A stretch of 64,000 nt of DNA from a virus. The stretch covers positions 11,142 to 75,141 of IMG/VR virus record IMGVR_UViG_3300030060_003575; one strand, given 5' to 3'. Positions 19,846 to 29,874 of the stretch are shown here, piece by piece. Under the pieces are notes generated by a model, which did no database searches, was not told the DNA's origin, and saw nothing but the letters and a program-made list of their open reading frames with translations. Both the position numbers and the translations under genes were made by a program. Within the stretch, counting starts at the first letter, position 1. Every line of letters starts with the position of its first letter.

Positions 19846-21069
19846 TCAGAACCAGTCCAAGTCTTCTTCTTCTGCAACAAATGGTTCTGCAACAACACCC
19901 ATGTTGTTAGTGCATAGAATACCACTAAGGTTCAATGAAACATCTCTCATGCTACCATCATCGTTCCTTCCTTGCGAAGTCCTACCAACAACTAATACAC
20001 TTGAATTGATACCAAAATCAATATCAAGGTGTGTAGGAATCCAGCAGGTAGTACCTGCCCAAGAACCATCATAACTGTAATCAGCATTTACATCGGTAAT
20101 AGTAAGTCTTCTGCTACCAACCTTGTTAGGTTGCATGTTCATAGCAGTTACAGTACCATCAGTAATCACAAATCTCTCAGCATAAGTCCTATCTGATACA
20201 GATGAGTGATACCTGTTTAGGTCAATCAGTGGGCTATAGTTACCCATTGCATGTTCCATAGTGTAGTTCTGCATATCTTCAATAGAAGGCTCAGGTAGTC
20301 TACCATCAGTCATATCACTATTGTATACCAAACTCTCTAGAGTACCAGTCTTAAACCCATAAATCCTGTTAGCATTGTTACTATCTGGTATACACTCAAA
20401 GTGAACCAACTTGAAGGTTCTAGGTGTAAACTTCTTTGCTGCTTCCCCCTTGTAGGAGAAGTAGTAAAGAGCACTATTACCATCAACTTCACCCAAGAAA
20501 ACACCTTGCATCCTGTTCTGATTAGCAGGCAATGGCTTCCCATAGTTAGGGTTCTTTCTCTCACCATATGCAGCAATGTTATCTAGTGGTATAACCCAAG
20601 TACCAGTGTCAACTTCATGGTGATTAGCAGGTAGTTCCTTTACAGTCCTTTCCTGTGCTTCGCCATCAAACATCCTCTTAACAACGAAACCGCCATCAAT
20701 CTGTTCTGCAAGGGCAACCCTACCACTTTGATAAGTAGCATTATTGTCCCTTCTCCACTCTTCTACAATCTGAGTATTGAGCCTTGCACCCATATCCATA
20801 GGCTCATTAACAGAGATAAAGAAACCTACTGCCTTCTTTACCAAACTGCCACTACTACTGCTTTGTTCTTGTGGTGCATCCTTATACTGGTATGCTCCAC
20901 TAAACCATTGCCTAAACAATGACAATGCCAATAGCATGTCACCACTTGGGTCAAGGTTATTTGTCTTGCAGATTTCGTGATACTTTGCCTCTACAACACT
21001 TACTTCCATTCCTAGTTTCTCACTAGCCTTATTTACTTCATTACGTACTTTTTCTTCCATAATATTCAT
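19846..21069 (-). CDS. putative RPA-like single-stranded DNA-binding protein
   Basis: C-terminal OB-fold-like pattern (ITDGTV..RLTITD..TCW..VLVVG), acidic-aromatic tail EEEDLDWF, replication context. Confidence 0.55.
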   Translation of the reverse strand: MNIMEEKVRNEVNKASEKLGMEVSVVEAKYHEICKTNNLDPSGDMLLALSLFRQWFSGAYQYKDAPQEQSSSSGSLVKKAVGFFISVNEPMDMGARLNTQIVEEWRRDNNATYQSGRVALAEQIDGGFVVKRMFDGEAQERTVKELPANHHEVDTGTWVIPLDNIAAYGERKNPNYGKPLPANQNRMQGVFLGEVDGNSALYYFSYKGEAAKKFTPRTFKLVHFECIPDSNNANRIYGFKTGTLESLVYNSDMTDGRLPEPSIEDMQNYTMEHAMGNYSPLIDLNRYHSSVSDRTYAERFVITDGTVTAMNMQPNKVGSRRLTITDVNADYSYDGSWAGTTCWIPTHLDIDFGINSSVLVVGRTSQGRNDDGSMRDVSLNLSGILCTNNMGVVAEPFVAEEEDLDWF

Positions 21070-21170
21070 TCCTTATTTTTTCTTTTTATTTGCTTCCATA
21101 TTCCTGTGATAGCGTTCCCAGGTCATACCTTCATCTTCAAGAAACCACATAATTATCCTTTTAAAGACAT

Positions 21171-21464
21171 TCATCGTTCTTCCTCATGTGGTATGAGTTT
21201 TCTTCTTCTACGCTCGTAGATAATTTCTAATAGTGCTTCCGCACTAATTACGATTCCTGCTAGTACCCAGAATGTATCTGAGTTAACAGTAATCACACCC
21301 AACGAATTGAGTATGGGTAATACAATTAGTAATACCCCACCTAGTAAGATAATTTCATATCTTAACATTAGATGCTTGAAATCATTTATATCAATGACTC
21401 CATCATCATTAAAGTCTAATATTTTTCTTACCATATTAAAACCTCCCATAATTATCTCTAACAA
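21171..21464 (-). CDS. membrane protein with EF-hand-like loop
   Basis: DFNDDGVIDINDF followed by two hydrophobic helices. Confidence 0.6.
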   Translation of the reverse strand: MLEIIMGGFNMVRKILDFNDDGVIDINDFKHLMLRYEIILLGGVLLIVLPILNSLGVITVNSDTFWVLAGIVISAEALLEIIYERRRRKLIPHEEER

Positions 21465-21515
21465 ATAGTAGCCGATACAAAATAAAACATACTATAACTA
21501 CTATGATTCCATCCA

Positions 21516-22418
21516 TTATATCATCTGTCCTATCATCCATGAAGCCAATATCTTAGGGGTCATACTACTACTTCTCCATTCTGCTTCACCAATAACACGT
21601 AGATACTTAAACTTCTCAGGAGGCGGCAGTTCAGCCTTCAAGAAAACATCATGCAAATTTTGGCATACTGCTTTCATATCTACCGATAAGTAAACTAATC
21701 GCTGTAGTTCTTTGAGTCCTCCATTGTAATCTTTATTGAGAACAGAATCTAATATTTTAACATAAGGTTCTTGGGTTCTCTCTATTAGCATTGTTAATGG
21801 GGTATTACTATTTACCGAGGCTTGTAGTTCGGTGATTCCCCTGCGTATGTCACCTTGAAGTGTACTAATAAAGGTGTCGAAATCTTCTGCATCGGGAACG
21901 GGTTTACCTTCCATTTGAAGTATATCAGTCAATACCTTCTTTATCTCATCATTACTTAGTGCGGTAAAACGATAGTTAGCACATCTAGATTGTAAAGGTG
22001 CTATAATCTTATGCCTATGATTACATGTAATGATAAACCTACAATTATCAGAATAACGTTCCATTATTCTCTTCAATGCATTCTGAGCATCAGGAGTCAT
22101 ACCATCCATCTCATCCAATAAAATAATCTTATGTGGTGCATCACCAACCTTTAGAGACATAGCAACCTCCTTTATGGTTGTTCTAACTGTCTCTAACTTT
22201 CTATCATCAGATGCATTGATTTCAAAGAAGTTTGCCTTCATATCATCCTTCAATACAGTATGTCCTATTACATTTGCCGCAGCAGTTTTGCCAACTCCAG
22301 CAGGCCCATACAAAAGAACATTAGGCATTGTTACCCAATTTTGTAAATCGTTAGCAAACTTATCTTGTCCAATCAATTGTTCTATTTTATACGGTCTATA
22401 CTTTTCTGTCCATAACAT
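21516..22418 (-). CDS. rfcS: replication factor C small subunit
   Basis: WTEKYRP, GPAGVGKT, EINASD, DEMDGMT, AQNALKR, LQSRC. Confidence 0.95.
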   Translation of the reverse strand: MLWTEKYRPYKIEQLIGQDKFANDLQNWVTMPNVLLYGPAGVGKTAAANVIGHTVLKDDMKANFFEINASDDRKLETVRTTIKEVAMSLKVGDAPHKIILLDEMDGMTPDAQNALKRIMERYSDNCRFIITCNHRHKIIAPLQSRCANYRFTALSNDEIKKVLTDILQMEGKPVPDAEDFDTFISTLQGDIRRGITELQASVNSNTPLTMLIERTQEPYVKILDSVLNKDYNGGLKELQRLVYLSVDMKAVCQNLHDVFLKAELPPPEKFKYLRVIGEAEWRSSSMTPKILASWMIGQMI

Positions 22419-22941
22419 GTTTAATTCTCCTTTCTTCTAATTCTTTTCTTTTGTTGCTCATATGGTTTGCAGGATACCAGTCAGGTTTTCCTAGTCTCCA
22501 TTCAGCAAAATACCACTTATCACCTAAGTAGTAATCTTGATATGATTTAGTTACACTATCATAATCTTTATACTCATCTGGCATAGCCAATGCAAATGGT
22601 GTAAGTCCCTTGTCTGTTAAGAAATCAAGTAACTTAGCAATCTCATCAGCATACTTATCAAGGGTAGTTTCAACCTTGTGAACCTTACCATATCTCTCAG
22701 TGTAAGTATGACACAATGCATAAGCATGGTCAACCAACCACTGCATGTTTTGTCTACTTCTTCTTGCCCACATGGTACAAGGATGATTCAACATTACAGG
22801 TCTGTATGGTGATTCAAAACCATAGTAATCCAAACATGTAGAAATCATCTGCAAACTTTCTGTTGGCATTTTGACTACATGTTTATCACACATTTCATTC
22901 GCACTCTCAATTGGGCATTCATTCAATACAAAAATATTCAT
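22396..22941 (-). CDS. pyrimidine-dimer DNA glycosylase (endonuclease V-like) family protein
   Basis: MNIFVL...DKHVVKMxxESxQM...NHPCTxW...RYGKVH pattern. Confidence 0.65.
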   Translation of the reverse strand: MNIFVLNECPIESANEMCDKHVVKMPTESLQMISTCLDYYGFESPYRPVMLNHPCTMWARRSRQNMQWLVDHAYALCHTYTERYGKVHKVETTLDKYADEIAKLLDFLTDKGLTPFALAMPDEYKDYDSVTKSYQDYYLGDKWYFAEWRLGKPDWYPANHMSNKRKELEERRIKHVMDRKV

Positions 22942-23201
22942 TCTTCTTCACTTCCTACGTATATCCATTTAGCAACCTTATTTGATTTAAGTTGCGTTAC
23001 TTGAAACTCTTTGTTACCTTTCAGTAAGTTACCTACTTGATGAACATTAGAGTTTGTAAACCTATGTGGTTTACCTAAACCATTCTTATACTCATTAAGA
23101 AAACGGGTGGCTTCTACTGCGGTGAACATTTCACCTTTCTGTTTTACACCAAATTCTCTTAATGCCATTAATCTATATTTGTGTCTTAGTGGGCCTGCCA
23201 T
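22938..23201 (-). CDS. hypothetical protein
   Basis: Coupled ORF, 87 aa. Confidence 0.6.
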   Translation of the reverse strand: MAGPLRHKYRLMALREFGVKQKGEMFTAVEATRFLNEYKNGLGKPHRFTNSNVHQVGNLLKGNKEFQVTQLKSNKVAKWIYVGSEEE

Positions 23202-24052
23202 TAGAAATAATCCTCCAGTCTACTGTTTGCTATTGTTGGCTTCTTAGCCTTGCCCTTCTTAACACCTAACTTAACCCTCTCAACAGAAGAGAGTTTAGTA
23301 TACATATAGTGTTCAAAGTCAGGGTCTTGCTTTAATAAGTTTAACATCTCATATTCATCAGGTCTCATACCTATCTTCTTACAAATAGATGGTCGCTTAT
23401 CATACGCTCTCCTTCTAGGCGGAGAAAAAGAAATCGGCATACCATTATGTGCATAAGCAAGTAATTCAAAGAAGTAATCTGATGACCACTTTCTTTTTAC
23501 TTTAGCATCTATCCATGCTATCTTTTCTGTGTTTAGAGATGACATTGCCCATGCTAATATCTGTTCATCAAAAGGCTTGTTAAACTTTAGCATTTCTGCT
23601 ACAGCATCTCTATCCTTAGATTTGAGATAAATATTAATCATCTCAAATATATTCTTTTCAAGAGTTCCTATATATGATTCTGCATTCACACATGCATTCT
23701 CTTCTTGTAATTCAAGAAGGGCATAATTAGTTGTGCCTGCTCTCTTTAGTTTACACTTATCATATATCTTTTTATCAACATCTTTCTGATTCACAGATGT
23801 TAATACAATCTTACCTTTATATTCTAGTAATGTTTTAACTATAAGGTCAACCTTTGGTTTATAGTGAACCTCTTCAATTAGAATCCCTGTCTCTCTAGGG
23901 ATACTAAAGTTATCATCAATGTCATATTCGTCTGCATATTTAATAATAGGATTCGGTGGTAAGAAATTCAAAGCCTTTGTTGTCTTTCCTGTTCCCGGTT
24001 TACCTACTACTATCAATGGTCTTTCTGTTGTTTTTATATTAATCATTATCAT
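23201..24052 (-). CDS. divergent RFC large subunit-like ATPase
   Basis: GKPGTGKTT, LIEEV and a C-terminal PIP-like NSRLEDYF; near rfcS. Confidence 0.65.
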   Translation of the reverse strand: MIMINIKTTERPLIVVGKPGTGKTTKALNFLPPNPIIKYADEYDIDDNFSIPRETGILIEEVHYKPKVDLIVKTLLEYKGKIVLTSVNQKDVDKKIYDKCKLKRAGTTNYALLELQEENACVNAESYIGTLEKNIFEMINIYLKSKDRDAVAEMLKFNKPFDEQILAWAMSSLNTEKIAWIDAKVKRKWSSDYFFELLAYAHNGMPISFSPPRRRAYDKRPSICKKIGMRPDEYEMLNLLKQDPDFEHYMYTKLSSVERVKLGVKKGKAKKPTIANSRLEDYF

Positions 24053-24257
24053 TCCTCATTGTCATTATCTCTTTATATTCAGTATCACAATCAGGACATT
24101 CTACATCTATAAAAAATACTTTAGTACCGTCTGGTTCTCTTGTTACGTGTGTACTAAAGAATATATATCTAAAACCACAATCTCTACAACCATGTTTGAT
24201 GGTTTTATCAACGTAATCTTTTAGAGTATCAATGTCCTGCTTGGTGAATTCCATCAC
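24039..24257 (-). CDS. zinc-finger protein
   Basis: CRDC...CPDC. Confidence 0.65.
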   Translation of the reverse strand: MMEFTKQDIDTLKDYVDKTIKHGCRDCGFRYIFFSTHVTREPDGTKVFFIDVECPDCDTEYKEIMTMRNDND

Positions 24258-24649
24258 AATTCACCTTTTATTTGTAGTATTCTTTCCAACCCCTCAAGGG
24301 TATGATGTTCGCCATTGTCTAAGATTTCTACTATCTCTTCAAAATCATTCCAATTGTTTTTAGCATCTGGTAAGTCTGGTATTAATTGACATAACTTCCA
24401 GATGTTAGTCAAACCACCTATTGTCAATATAGGTCTTGGTCTACTCTTATGTTCTTTTTCTTTGTAGTTTGCTTCTACACCATTCTGTGCAAGTGTTCTT
24501 TGCACACCAATCAAAAAGTCAGATGAACCTCTTATGTTCACCCTAACTCTAACTCTATATCCTATCTGTAACTTAGAGGCTTTTGCTACATGAACCTCAG
24601 GTTTAGCAATAGATAGGAGGATACCTTGCAATTGTCCTTTACTATACAT
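24254..24649 (-). CDS. single-domain LAGLIDADG-like protein (degenerate active site)
   Basis: N-terminal helix LQGILLSIA and C-terminal HHTLEGLERILQIK, typical of LAGLIDADG homing endonucleases. Confidence 0.6.
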   Translation of the reverse strand: MYSKGQLQGILLSIAKPEVHVAKASKLQIGYRVRVRVNIRGSSDFLIGVQRTLAQNGVEANYKEKEHKSRPRPILTIGGLTNIWKLCQLIPDLPDAKNNWNDFEEIVEILDNGEHHTLEGLERILQIKGEL

Positions 24650-25121
24650 CTAATCCATTCCTCAAATACATTTTATAATCTTTAGCCAATTCTCTATTTC
24701 CGGGCCACTTTCCAAACCCTTGATGTTTTTCTAGTTCTAACCAATACCAATGTGCTGCTGTTATTCTATCATCACCCGCTTCTTCTGCATTTGTTTCTGC
24801 TCTATCGGCTAACATCATAACTAAAGATTCTAAGTGTTCTGCTACTATGTATGCCAAGTCGTGTGATATTGGCATATCAACTTGTTCTTTAATTGTTTTC
24901 ATATAATGAAATCTTGTCATTCTTTTACGATTAACAGGTGGGGGTTTCGGGGTAATAAGTTGGTTTTTCTCGTCCACAAAAGGGACTAATTTGGCATCCA
25001 TTTTCCGATACCTACCCCTACTTTCCTCCCCGACCTTCTTCAAATACGCCACGCCGTCCTCGATTTTAATACAAGTATACGGCAAATGGTCTAATAGGGT
25101 CATTGAGCCTACGGTAATCAC
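24642..25121 (-). CDS. protein with C-terminal histone fold
   Basis: KTIKE..MPISHDLAYIVAEHLE..LADRAETNAEEAGDDRITAAH aligns by eye with the archaeal histone pattern RVSxxA...AxHAGRKTIKAED. Confidence 0.55.
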   Translation of the reverse strand: MITVGSMTLLDHLPYTCIKIEDGVAYLKKVGEESRGRYRKMDAKLVPFVDEKNQLITPKPPPVNRKRMTRFHYMKTIKEQVDMPISHDLAYIVAEHLESLVMMLADRAETNAEEAGDDRITAAHWYWLELEKHQGFGKWPGNRELAKDYKMYLRNGLDV

Positions 25122-26690
25122 TTAACTCAACTCCTGCACCCTTTGGAGGGTATCAATATCTGCGGCGTACTTATCGTGCCGTACTCGCATACTGCGAGGG
25201 AACCTCAAACCAATCTGTCCATCCGCATTGCTGGTTATTAAATCGCTAGTTACTTGTAATACAATCCTTGGATTAAAGTAATACGTATTGCCTTCATATC
25301 TATCTATGTGTTTCCTTAGTTCAGTAGTTAAAAGTGCCAGTTCATCATCTGAGAAACCAGTACCTACTTTACCTACTTCAACGTAATCAGCATCATTCTT
25401 CACAGATATTCCAAAGGTACCAAACCATCCACTACGCTTACCTTTACCATATTCAGCAGAAGTAATAACTACATCTAATTCAATCCTCGGTGGTTTATAC
25501 TTCAACCATCCTTTACTTCTTTTACCGGGTTCATAGGCCATGTCTGCATCCTTAATCATAACACCTTCATATCCCCAATCTATAGCCAGATTATAAGCAG
25601 CAGTAATAGATGTTATATCCATCTTATCAAACCTCTTTGCGATATAAGGTTCCTCAACATTTTCTTCAAGTTTTAGAATACGATTAGATAATGGTTCATC
25701 TATTAACGCTCTGCCTTGAATAGATAGAATATCAAACACTGCAAGTTGCACAGGGCATTGTTGCACCGCTTCTGTTTTATTCTTCTTATGAACTCTCTTT
25801 GCCAATAACTTGTGGTCGGCAGGAGAACCATCGGTTTTAACCGGATATATTTCAGTATCAACAATACAAGGAGAGCATAATACTTTCCCATCTAGTATAT
25901 CATTTACAACATCAGGGAATTGGTCAGTAACAACAACACCCTTTCTATTAAAAATCAATACACTGGGTTCGTACGGCCCCATAGGGCCATAATGAATTTG
26001 ATAACGATTACCATCATACTTAACATCAACAATATAATTATCAGGTCTTTCCATTCCCTTCCTAGGTTTTGCTAACATGGGCGTTACAAACTTACCCCAT
26101 TCTAAATTACACTCTGGCTCAAAACCCGAATGTAATTGTGAACAAATTTCACTAGCAGTGTTAAACATATAATACTTTTTAATCTCAGTAATAGTATGCC
26201 CATAGTGTTTAGCCATTACCTTAAGCGGTACGTTGTTGTTAACACCATTTCTAGGTTTACCTAACCAATAGCGTACAAACCACTTCTTTTCCCTAGCACT
26301 CATTTTGTTTAGTGCTTCTGCTATCTGTTGATAGGAATTACTAACCATACTACTACAGTCTAATCTAAGCAAGTTCCAAAACGCACCTAACGTAATATCA
26401 GAATCTTCTTCATTACCTAAGTCAATCTCTAATACTGCTTCACCTAAATCACCCCATGTATGAACAGCATCTTCTACTTCATCATCAAACAAGCGTAAAG
26501 CATTAGCCACCCATGTTATCGCTCTTTTCTCAGCAATGTTGTTAACACCATACTCTAAAGAGAGAATAGCAATCGCCAAGTGTTTATCATCACCAAAACT
26601 ATTTAGTGAACCATCTATAGTATTTATCTTACCAGTCGGTGTTTGGTTTTCAATTACCTCACACATTCTTGCAAACGTTGCTAAACTCAT
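25122..26690 (-). CDS. lig: ATP-dependent DNA ligase
   Basis: KYDGNR, DTEI, FDIL, EGVMIK, WLKYK, VGTGFSD, LRFPR. Confidence 0.95.
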   Translation of the reverse strand: MSLATFARMCEVIENQTPTGKINTIDGSLNSFGDDKHLAIAILSLEYGVNNIAEKRAITWVANALRLFDDEVEDAVHTWGDLGEAVLEIDLGNEEDSDITLGAFWNLLRLDCSSMVSNSYQQIAEALNKMSAREKKWFVRYWLGKPRNGVNNNVPLKVMAKHYGHTITEIKKYYMFNTASEICSQLHSGFEPECNLEWGKFVTPMLAKPRKGMERPDNYIVDVKYDGNRYQIHYGPMGPYEPSVLIFNRKGVVVTDQFPDVVNDILDGKVLCSPCIVDTEIYPVKTDGSPADHKLLAKRVHKKNKTEAVQQCPVQLAVFDILSIQGRALIDEPLSNRILKLEENVEEPYIAKRFDKMDITSITAAYNLAIDWGYEGVMIKDADMAYEPGKRSKGWLKYKPPRIELDVVITSAEYGKGKRSGWFGTFGISVKNDADYVEVGKVGTGFSDDELALLTTELRKHIDRYEGNTYYFNPRIVLQVTSDLITSNADGQIGLRFPRSMRVRHDKYAADIDTLQRVQELS

Positions 26691-26932
26691 CTCATCACCT
26701 TCATCTTACCATAAGCAACCCAAACATCTTCTGTAGTAATAGCGTCACTACCAGAAGAAGCAAGTGCCTCATCCACAATAGCAATACAAAGGACTTCAAA
26801 TTCCTTTTGCATTATCTCTTGAATGGCTTCAGTTGTTCCACTTCTAATATGATTATTCTGTGGTATCATAGTTCTAAGTTGTTGCTTAATCTTCCTCTCG
26901 CTTATTACCATGTTGTTCAACTGCCTTTTCAA
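26687..26932 (-). CDS. small histone-fold protein
   Basis: About 75 aa with a three-helix pattern, IKQQLR...HIRSGTTEAI...AITTEDV. Confidence 0.55.
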   Translation of the reverse strand: MKRQLNNMVISERKIKQQLRTMIPQNNHIRSGTTEAIQEIMQKEFEVLCIAIVDEALASSGSDAITTEDVWVAYGKMKVMR

Positions 26933-27110
26933 TTGCCCTCAATAACTGAGGGGCTTCTTGCATATTTACTCTTATACCCTTACGGGATACCTTTCCATTT
27001 TCATACCATCTAATATCTAGAATGTCTATATTCCAATAGTTACCTGTTCTGATAACTAATTCTTGTGTAGCATTTCTAGGTACTCTGGCAATTATTTTTT
27101 CATCATTCAT
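26886..27110 (-). CDS. PC4-like ssDNA-binding protein / coactivator
   Basis: LDIRWY...SRKGI motif. Confidence 0.75.
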   Translation of the reverse strand: MNDEKIIARVPRNATQELVIRTGNYWNIDILDIRWYENGKVSRKGIRVNMQEAPQLLRAIEKAVEQHGNKREED

Positions 27111-27520
27111 GTTGTCATACCTTCTTTAAATTGTTGTAATCCCTTCAAACTATAGAAGTATCTTGGTGCAGCAAATTCATCTAACCTATTGGCTATCCAA
27201 ACTGCGCCACCTAAACTACTTATTTGAACAATCTCAAATTGTCCGTTTTCAGTTTCTATAACTTCTATTGTTTCTACTTCGGGTACGAGACCAGTTACTC
27301 TTGTAAGTTCAGAAGCCACAGCACTAAGATTCTCAGCAACATATTTTATGATATGTCCTCTTTGAATAGGAATCTTAGCATCTACTGTAATTCTAATCTT
27401 ACCATCAAATTCACAGGCTTTACAGCCCCTGCCCCTTTTACCTTCAACATCTGCACATACAGGGCAGGCTATCTCAGCAGGCAAGGGGGCAGGGAATCTG
27501 ATGGTTATTGCTTCTTTCAT
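27107..27520 (-). CDS. hypothetical protein with DnaJ-like Cys motif
   Basis: CPVC...GCKACxxxG. Confidence 0.6.
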   Translation of the reverse strand: MKEAITIRFPAPLPAEIACPVCADVEGKRGRGCKACEFDGKIRITVDAKIPIQRGHIIKYVAENLSAVASELTRVTGLVPEVETIEVIETENGQFEIVQISSLGGAVWIANRLDEFAAPRYFYSLKGLQQFKEGMTT

Positions 27521-27975
27521 TCATGTCCCGTCCATTCTCTATATACACAATAGTATTCTATTGTAATATCATAGGGAAACGTAGGCGTATAAATATCTAC
27601 AGTTCCCATATTAGGTGCATACCCATTACTAAATAATACACCATCTTGCGATGCATAACCTTCTAGTTTAAAGGTATAGTTAGAAAACACTATCTGGTTA
27701 TCAACCACCTCAAAACTCAGATGGGATGCATTCAATGTAATAATCTGGATTTGCATCCATGTAGAATTATTACCCACAGTAATTATTGGTGCTGTTGAGT
27801 TATTATCTCCAGCCATTACAGTATAATTACCACTTAACGTTTCCCATCCACTTACAACTATCACAGTTTCACCATCATCCTCAGACGGTGCATCTGGTAT
27901 AGCATCTGCACAACCCGCTAATAGTATTGAAACCATTAACAATGTCATTATTCTTTTCATTACTTCACCTATCAC
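27517..27975 (-). CDS. lipoprotein
   Basis: MKR plus a hydrophobic stretch plus the LAGC lipobox. Confidence 0.7.
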   Translation of the reverse strand: MIGEVMKRIMTLLMVSILLAGCADAIPDAPSEDDGETVIVVSGWETLSGNYTVMAGDNNSTAPIITVGNNSTWMQIQIITLNASHLSFEVVDNQIVFSNYTFKLEGYASQDGVLFSNGYAPNMGTVDIYTPTFPYDITIEYYCVYREWTGHE

Positions 27976-28089
27976 TTAACTCTAGCATTTCATTAACGAT
28001 TGCTAGATTTGCTCTTATCGCATTCATTGCTGCTACGATTATTGCTTTATCTTTCTTATCCAAGTCAACACCTTTCTTTTCGTTACTAA

Positions 28090-28599
28090 TCATTCTTCTT
28101 CACCTTTGCATTCACTACAACATGTTTCTTCGTTAGTTGTGTTTCCCCATGTAAATTGGCTGAACACTTCATAGTGGTCTTTACCGTCTTCACCTACTCT
28201 AAAGTATACTGAATACTTCTCGCCGTTCCCCAACACGGTGGCGGAGTTTAAGAACCTTTCATACATCGAAATTGTTCTTAGGTCTGTACCACTAAAATAT
28301 GCCTTTCCAAATGGATGTGTGTGAATCCATTCTTTAAGTGGAAAGCGCATACCTTCTGTTTCATCCTGTCCACCAAAGGTTACAAACCCCGGTGAACCCA
28401 CACTTATGAACAAGCGGTCATTCCCATCAATGACTACTTGAACTTCTCTTGGCTTATCAAAAGCCGACATAGACATATCCCATATCCTTTGATGAAAGAC
28501 ATGTTCATTTATGTTAAACCCATCTTGGATAACATCTTTCCAAAAGGGTTGCACAACAAAAAACTCTTCCCCACGTACATCTGCAAGATAATCTGTCAT
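28090..28599 (-). CDS. JAB/MPN+ metallo-isopeptidase
   Basis: Upstream E (PREV), then WIHTHP...FSGTD matching the JAMM motif HxH-x7-S-x2-D. Confidence 0.85.
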   Translation of the reverse strand: MTDYLADVRGEEFFVVQPFWKDVIQDGFNINEHVFHQRIWDMSMSAFDKPREVQVVIDGNDRLFISVGSPGFVTFGGQDETEGMRFPLKEWIHTHPFGKAYFSGTDLRTISMYERFLNSATVLGNGEKYSVYFRVGEDGKDHYEVFSQFTWGNTTNEETCCSECKGEEE

Positions 28600-29249
28600 T
28601 GTAGTGCCTCCAATTGCTTTTGGAGTTTCGCAGCCTTTCTCTTCATTCTAAGAGCCTTTCTTTTACTTCTCCATTCAGTAAACCTAAACCATAGGCTTCT
28701 GTTCTTGCAACCTTCACAGCACTCACAGTCTTCTTTAACAGGTTCTCCTGCAAATTCCATTGAGCGCATTTGCGGCATTTCCTTACCAGCAATTAGAGTA
28801 TTGCGGTATTCAGGCCAACGCTTTGTTATCCTGTTAAGCCTAGTTTGGCAACCCTTCACACTTCTGCTTAGGTGTTTTGCTACTGCTTCTCTTTCCTCTG
28901 AGTCTGATGACCAGTTTCTAACAAGATACATATCATCCTTTGGACTCCACTTCATTCTGCTATTAGCATGAAGTTTAGGCTTTACAAGTTCTTTCTTCAT
29001 CTTCTCTACTTCCTTCTTTAAATCAACCTTAGTTACTCTCTTTCGCACACCCATCTGCTTTAACTTCGATTTAATCGCGTTAAAGGTTCTATCCTCTTTA
29101 TCTGGTTGCACTCTATTGTAGTGGTTGTTAAATAGAACAGTTATTAGTTCTACCGTTACTGGCCTACCGTCATCCAGTTTTGTTTCCATACACTTTCTCA
29201 AGTATTTTTCTTCATCTGCTGTCCATCTCTTTCCCATATTATCACACAT
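28596..29249 (-). CDS. Myb/SANT-like tandem HTH protein
   Basis: Repeats RWTADEEKYL...RTFNAIKSK and KWSPKDDMYL...RSVKGCQTR. Confidence 0.7.
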   Translation of the reverse strand: MCDNMGKRWTADEEKYLRKCMETKLDDGRPVTVELITVLFNNHYNRVQPDKEDRTFNAIKSKLKQMGVRKRVTKVDLKKEVEKMKKELVKPKLHANSRMKWSPKDDMYLVRNWSSDSEEREAVAKHLSRSVKGCQTRLNRITKRWPEYRNTLIAGKEMPQMRSMEFAGEPVKEDCECCEGCKNRSLWFRFTEWRSKRKALRMKRKAAKLQKQLEALQ

Positions 29250-29874
29250 TTATTATTATTTTATCTGCTACTTTTTCTTCATTAAACCAACGTTGAATCC
29301 ATTGCGCCCCATATCCAGCAATCGCAACGTGAGTAAAATGTAACACTTCCTTCTTTCCCGATTCGTTAAAGTTTTCACCTTGACAGGAAAAGGAACCTTC
29401 TGGCCCCGTAAGAAATGTTTCACTAAACTTAGGGTCTGTTAAATAACTGATAAGTGCTCCATTGCGACCCTGCGCCCTCAGGTCTAACCACTTAGTTTTA
29501 CAATCATCTTGAAACCCTTCTGCATAGAGAAGTTTCCGTACTGCTAGATTATCTGCACAACATACAACTAAATCATATCCTTCTATTTGTTTTCTGGTTA
29601 CGATTGGAAATTGAATCCCAAGTCGGATACCAACATCATTGTAATGATTCATACATGTTGTTTCTCTTTTCATAGCGGAAACCTTCATCATATCCAGAGA
29701 CCCTACTGCATAGTTTTGATAACTTAGGTTCTTTTCTTCTACAGTATCTGGGTCTGCTATCGTTATTTCATATAGTTCTGTCTTGTGTAAAAGCGGTGCT
29801 AGAAAACTTCCAATACCGCCTACACCAATTATTAATATTTTTCTTGTCATTTTAATTACCTTATCCCTGCACAA
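29242..29874 (-). CDS. ThiF/MoeB/E1-like adenylating enzyme
   Basis: IIGVGGIGS, DxDTVEEKNLxxQ, K, VVCCADNLAVR and a later Cys (FSC). Confidence 0.9.
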   Translation of the reverse strand: MCRDKVIKMTRKILIIGVGGIGSFLAPLLHKTELYEITIADPDTVEEKNLSYQNYAVGSLDMMKVSAMKRETTCMNHYNDVGIRLGIQFPIVTRKQIEGYDLVVCCADNLAVRKLLYAEGFQDDCKTKWLDLRAQGRNGALISYLTDPKFSETFLTGPEGSFSCQGENFNESGKKEVLHFTHVAIAGYGAQWIQRWFNEEKVADKIIINV

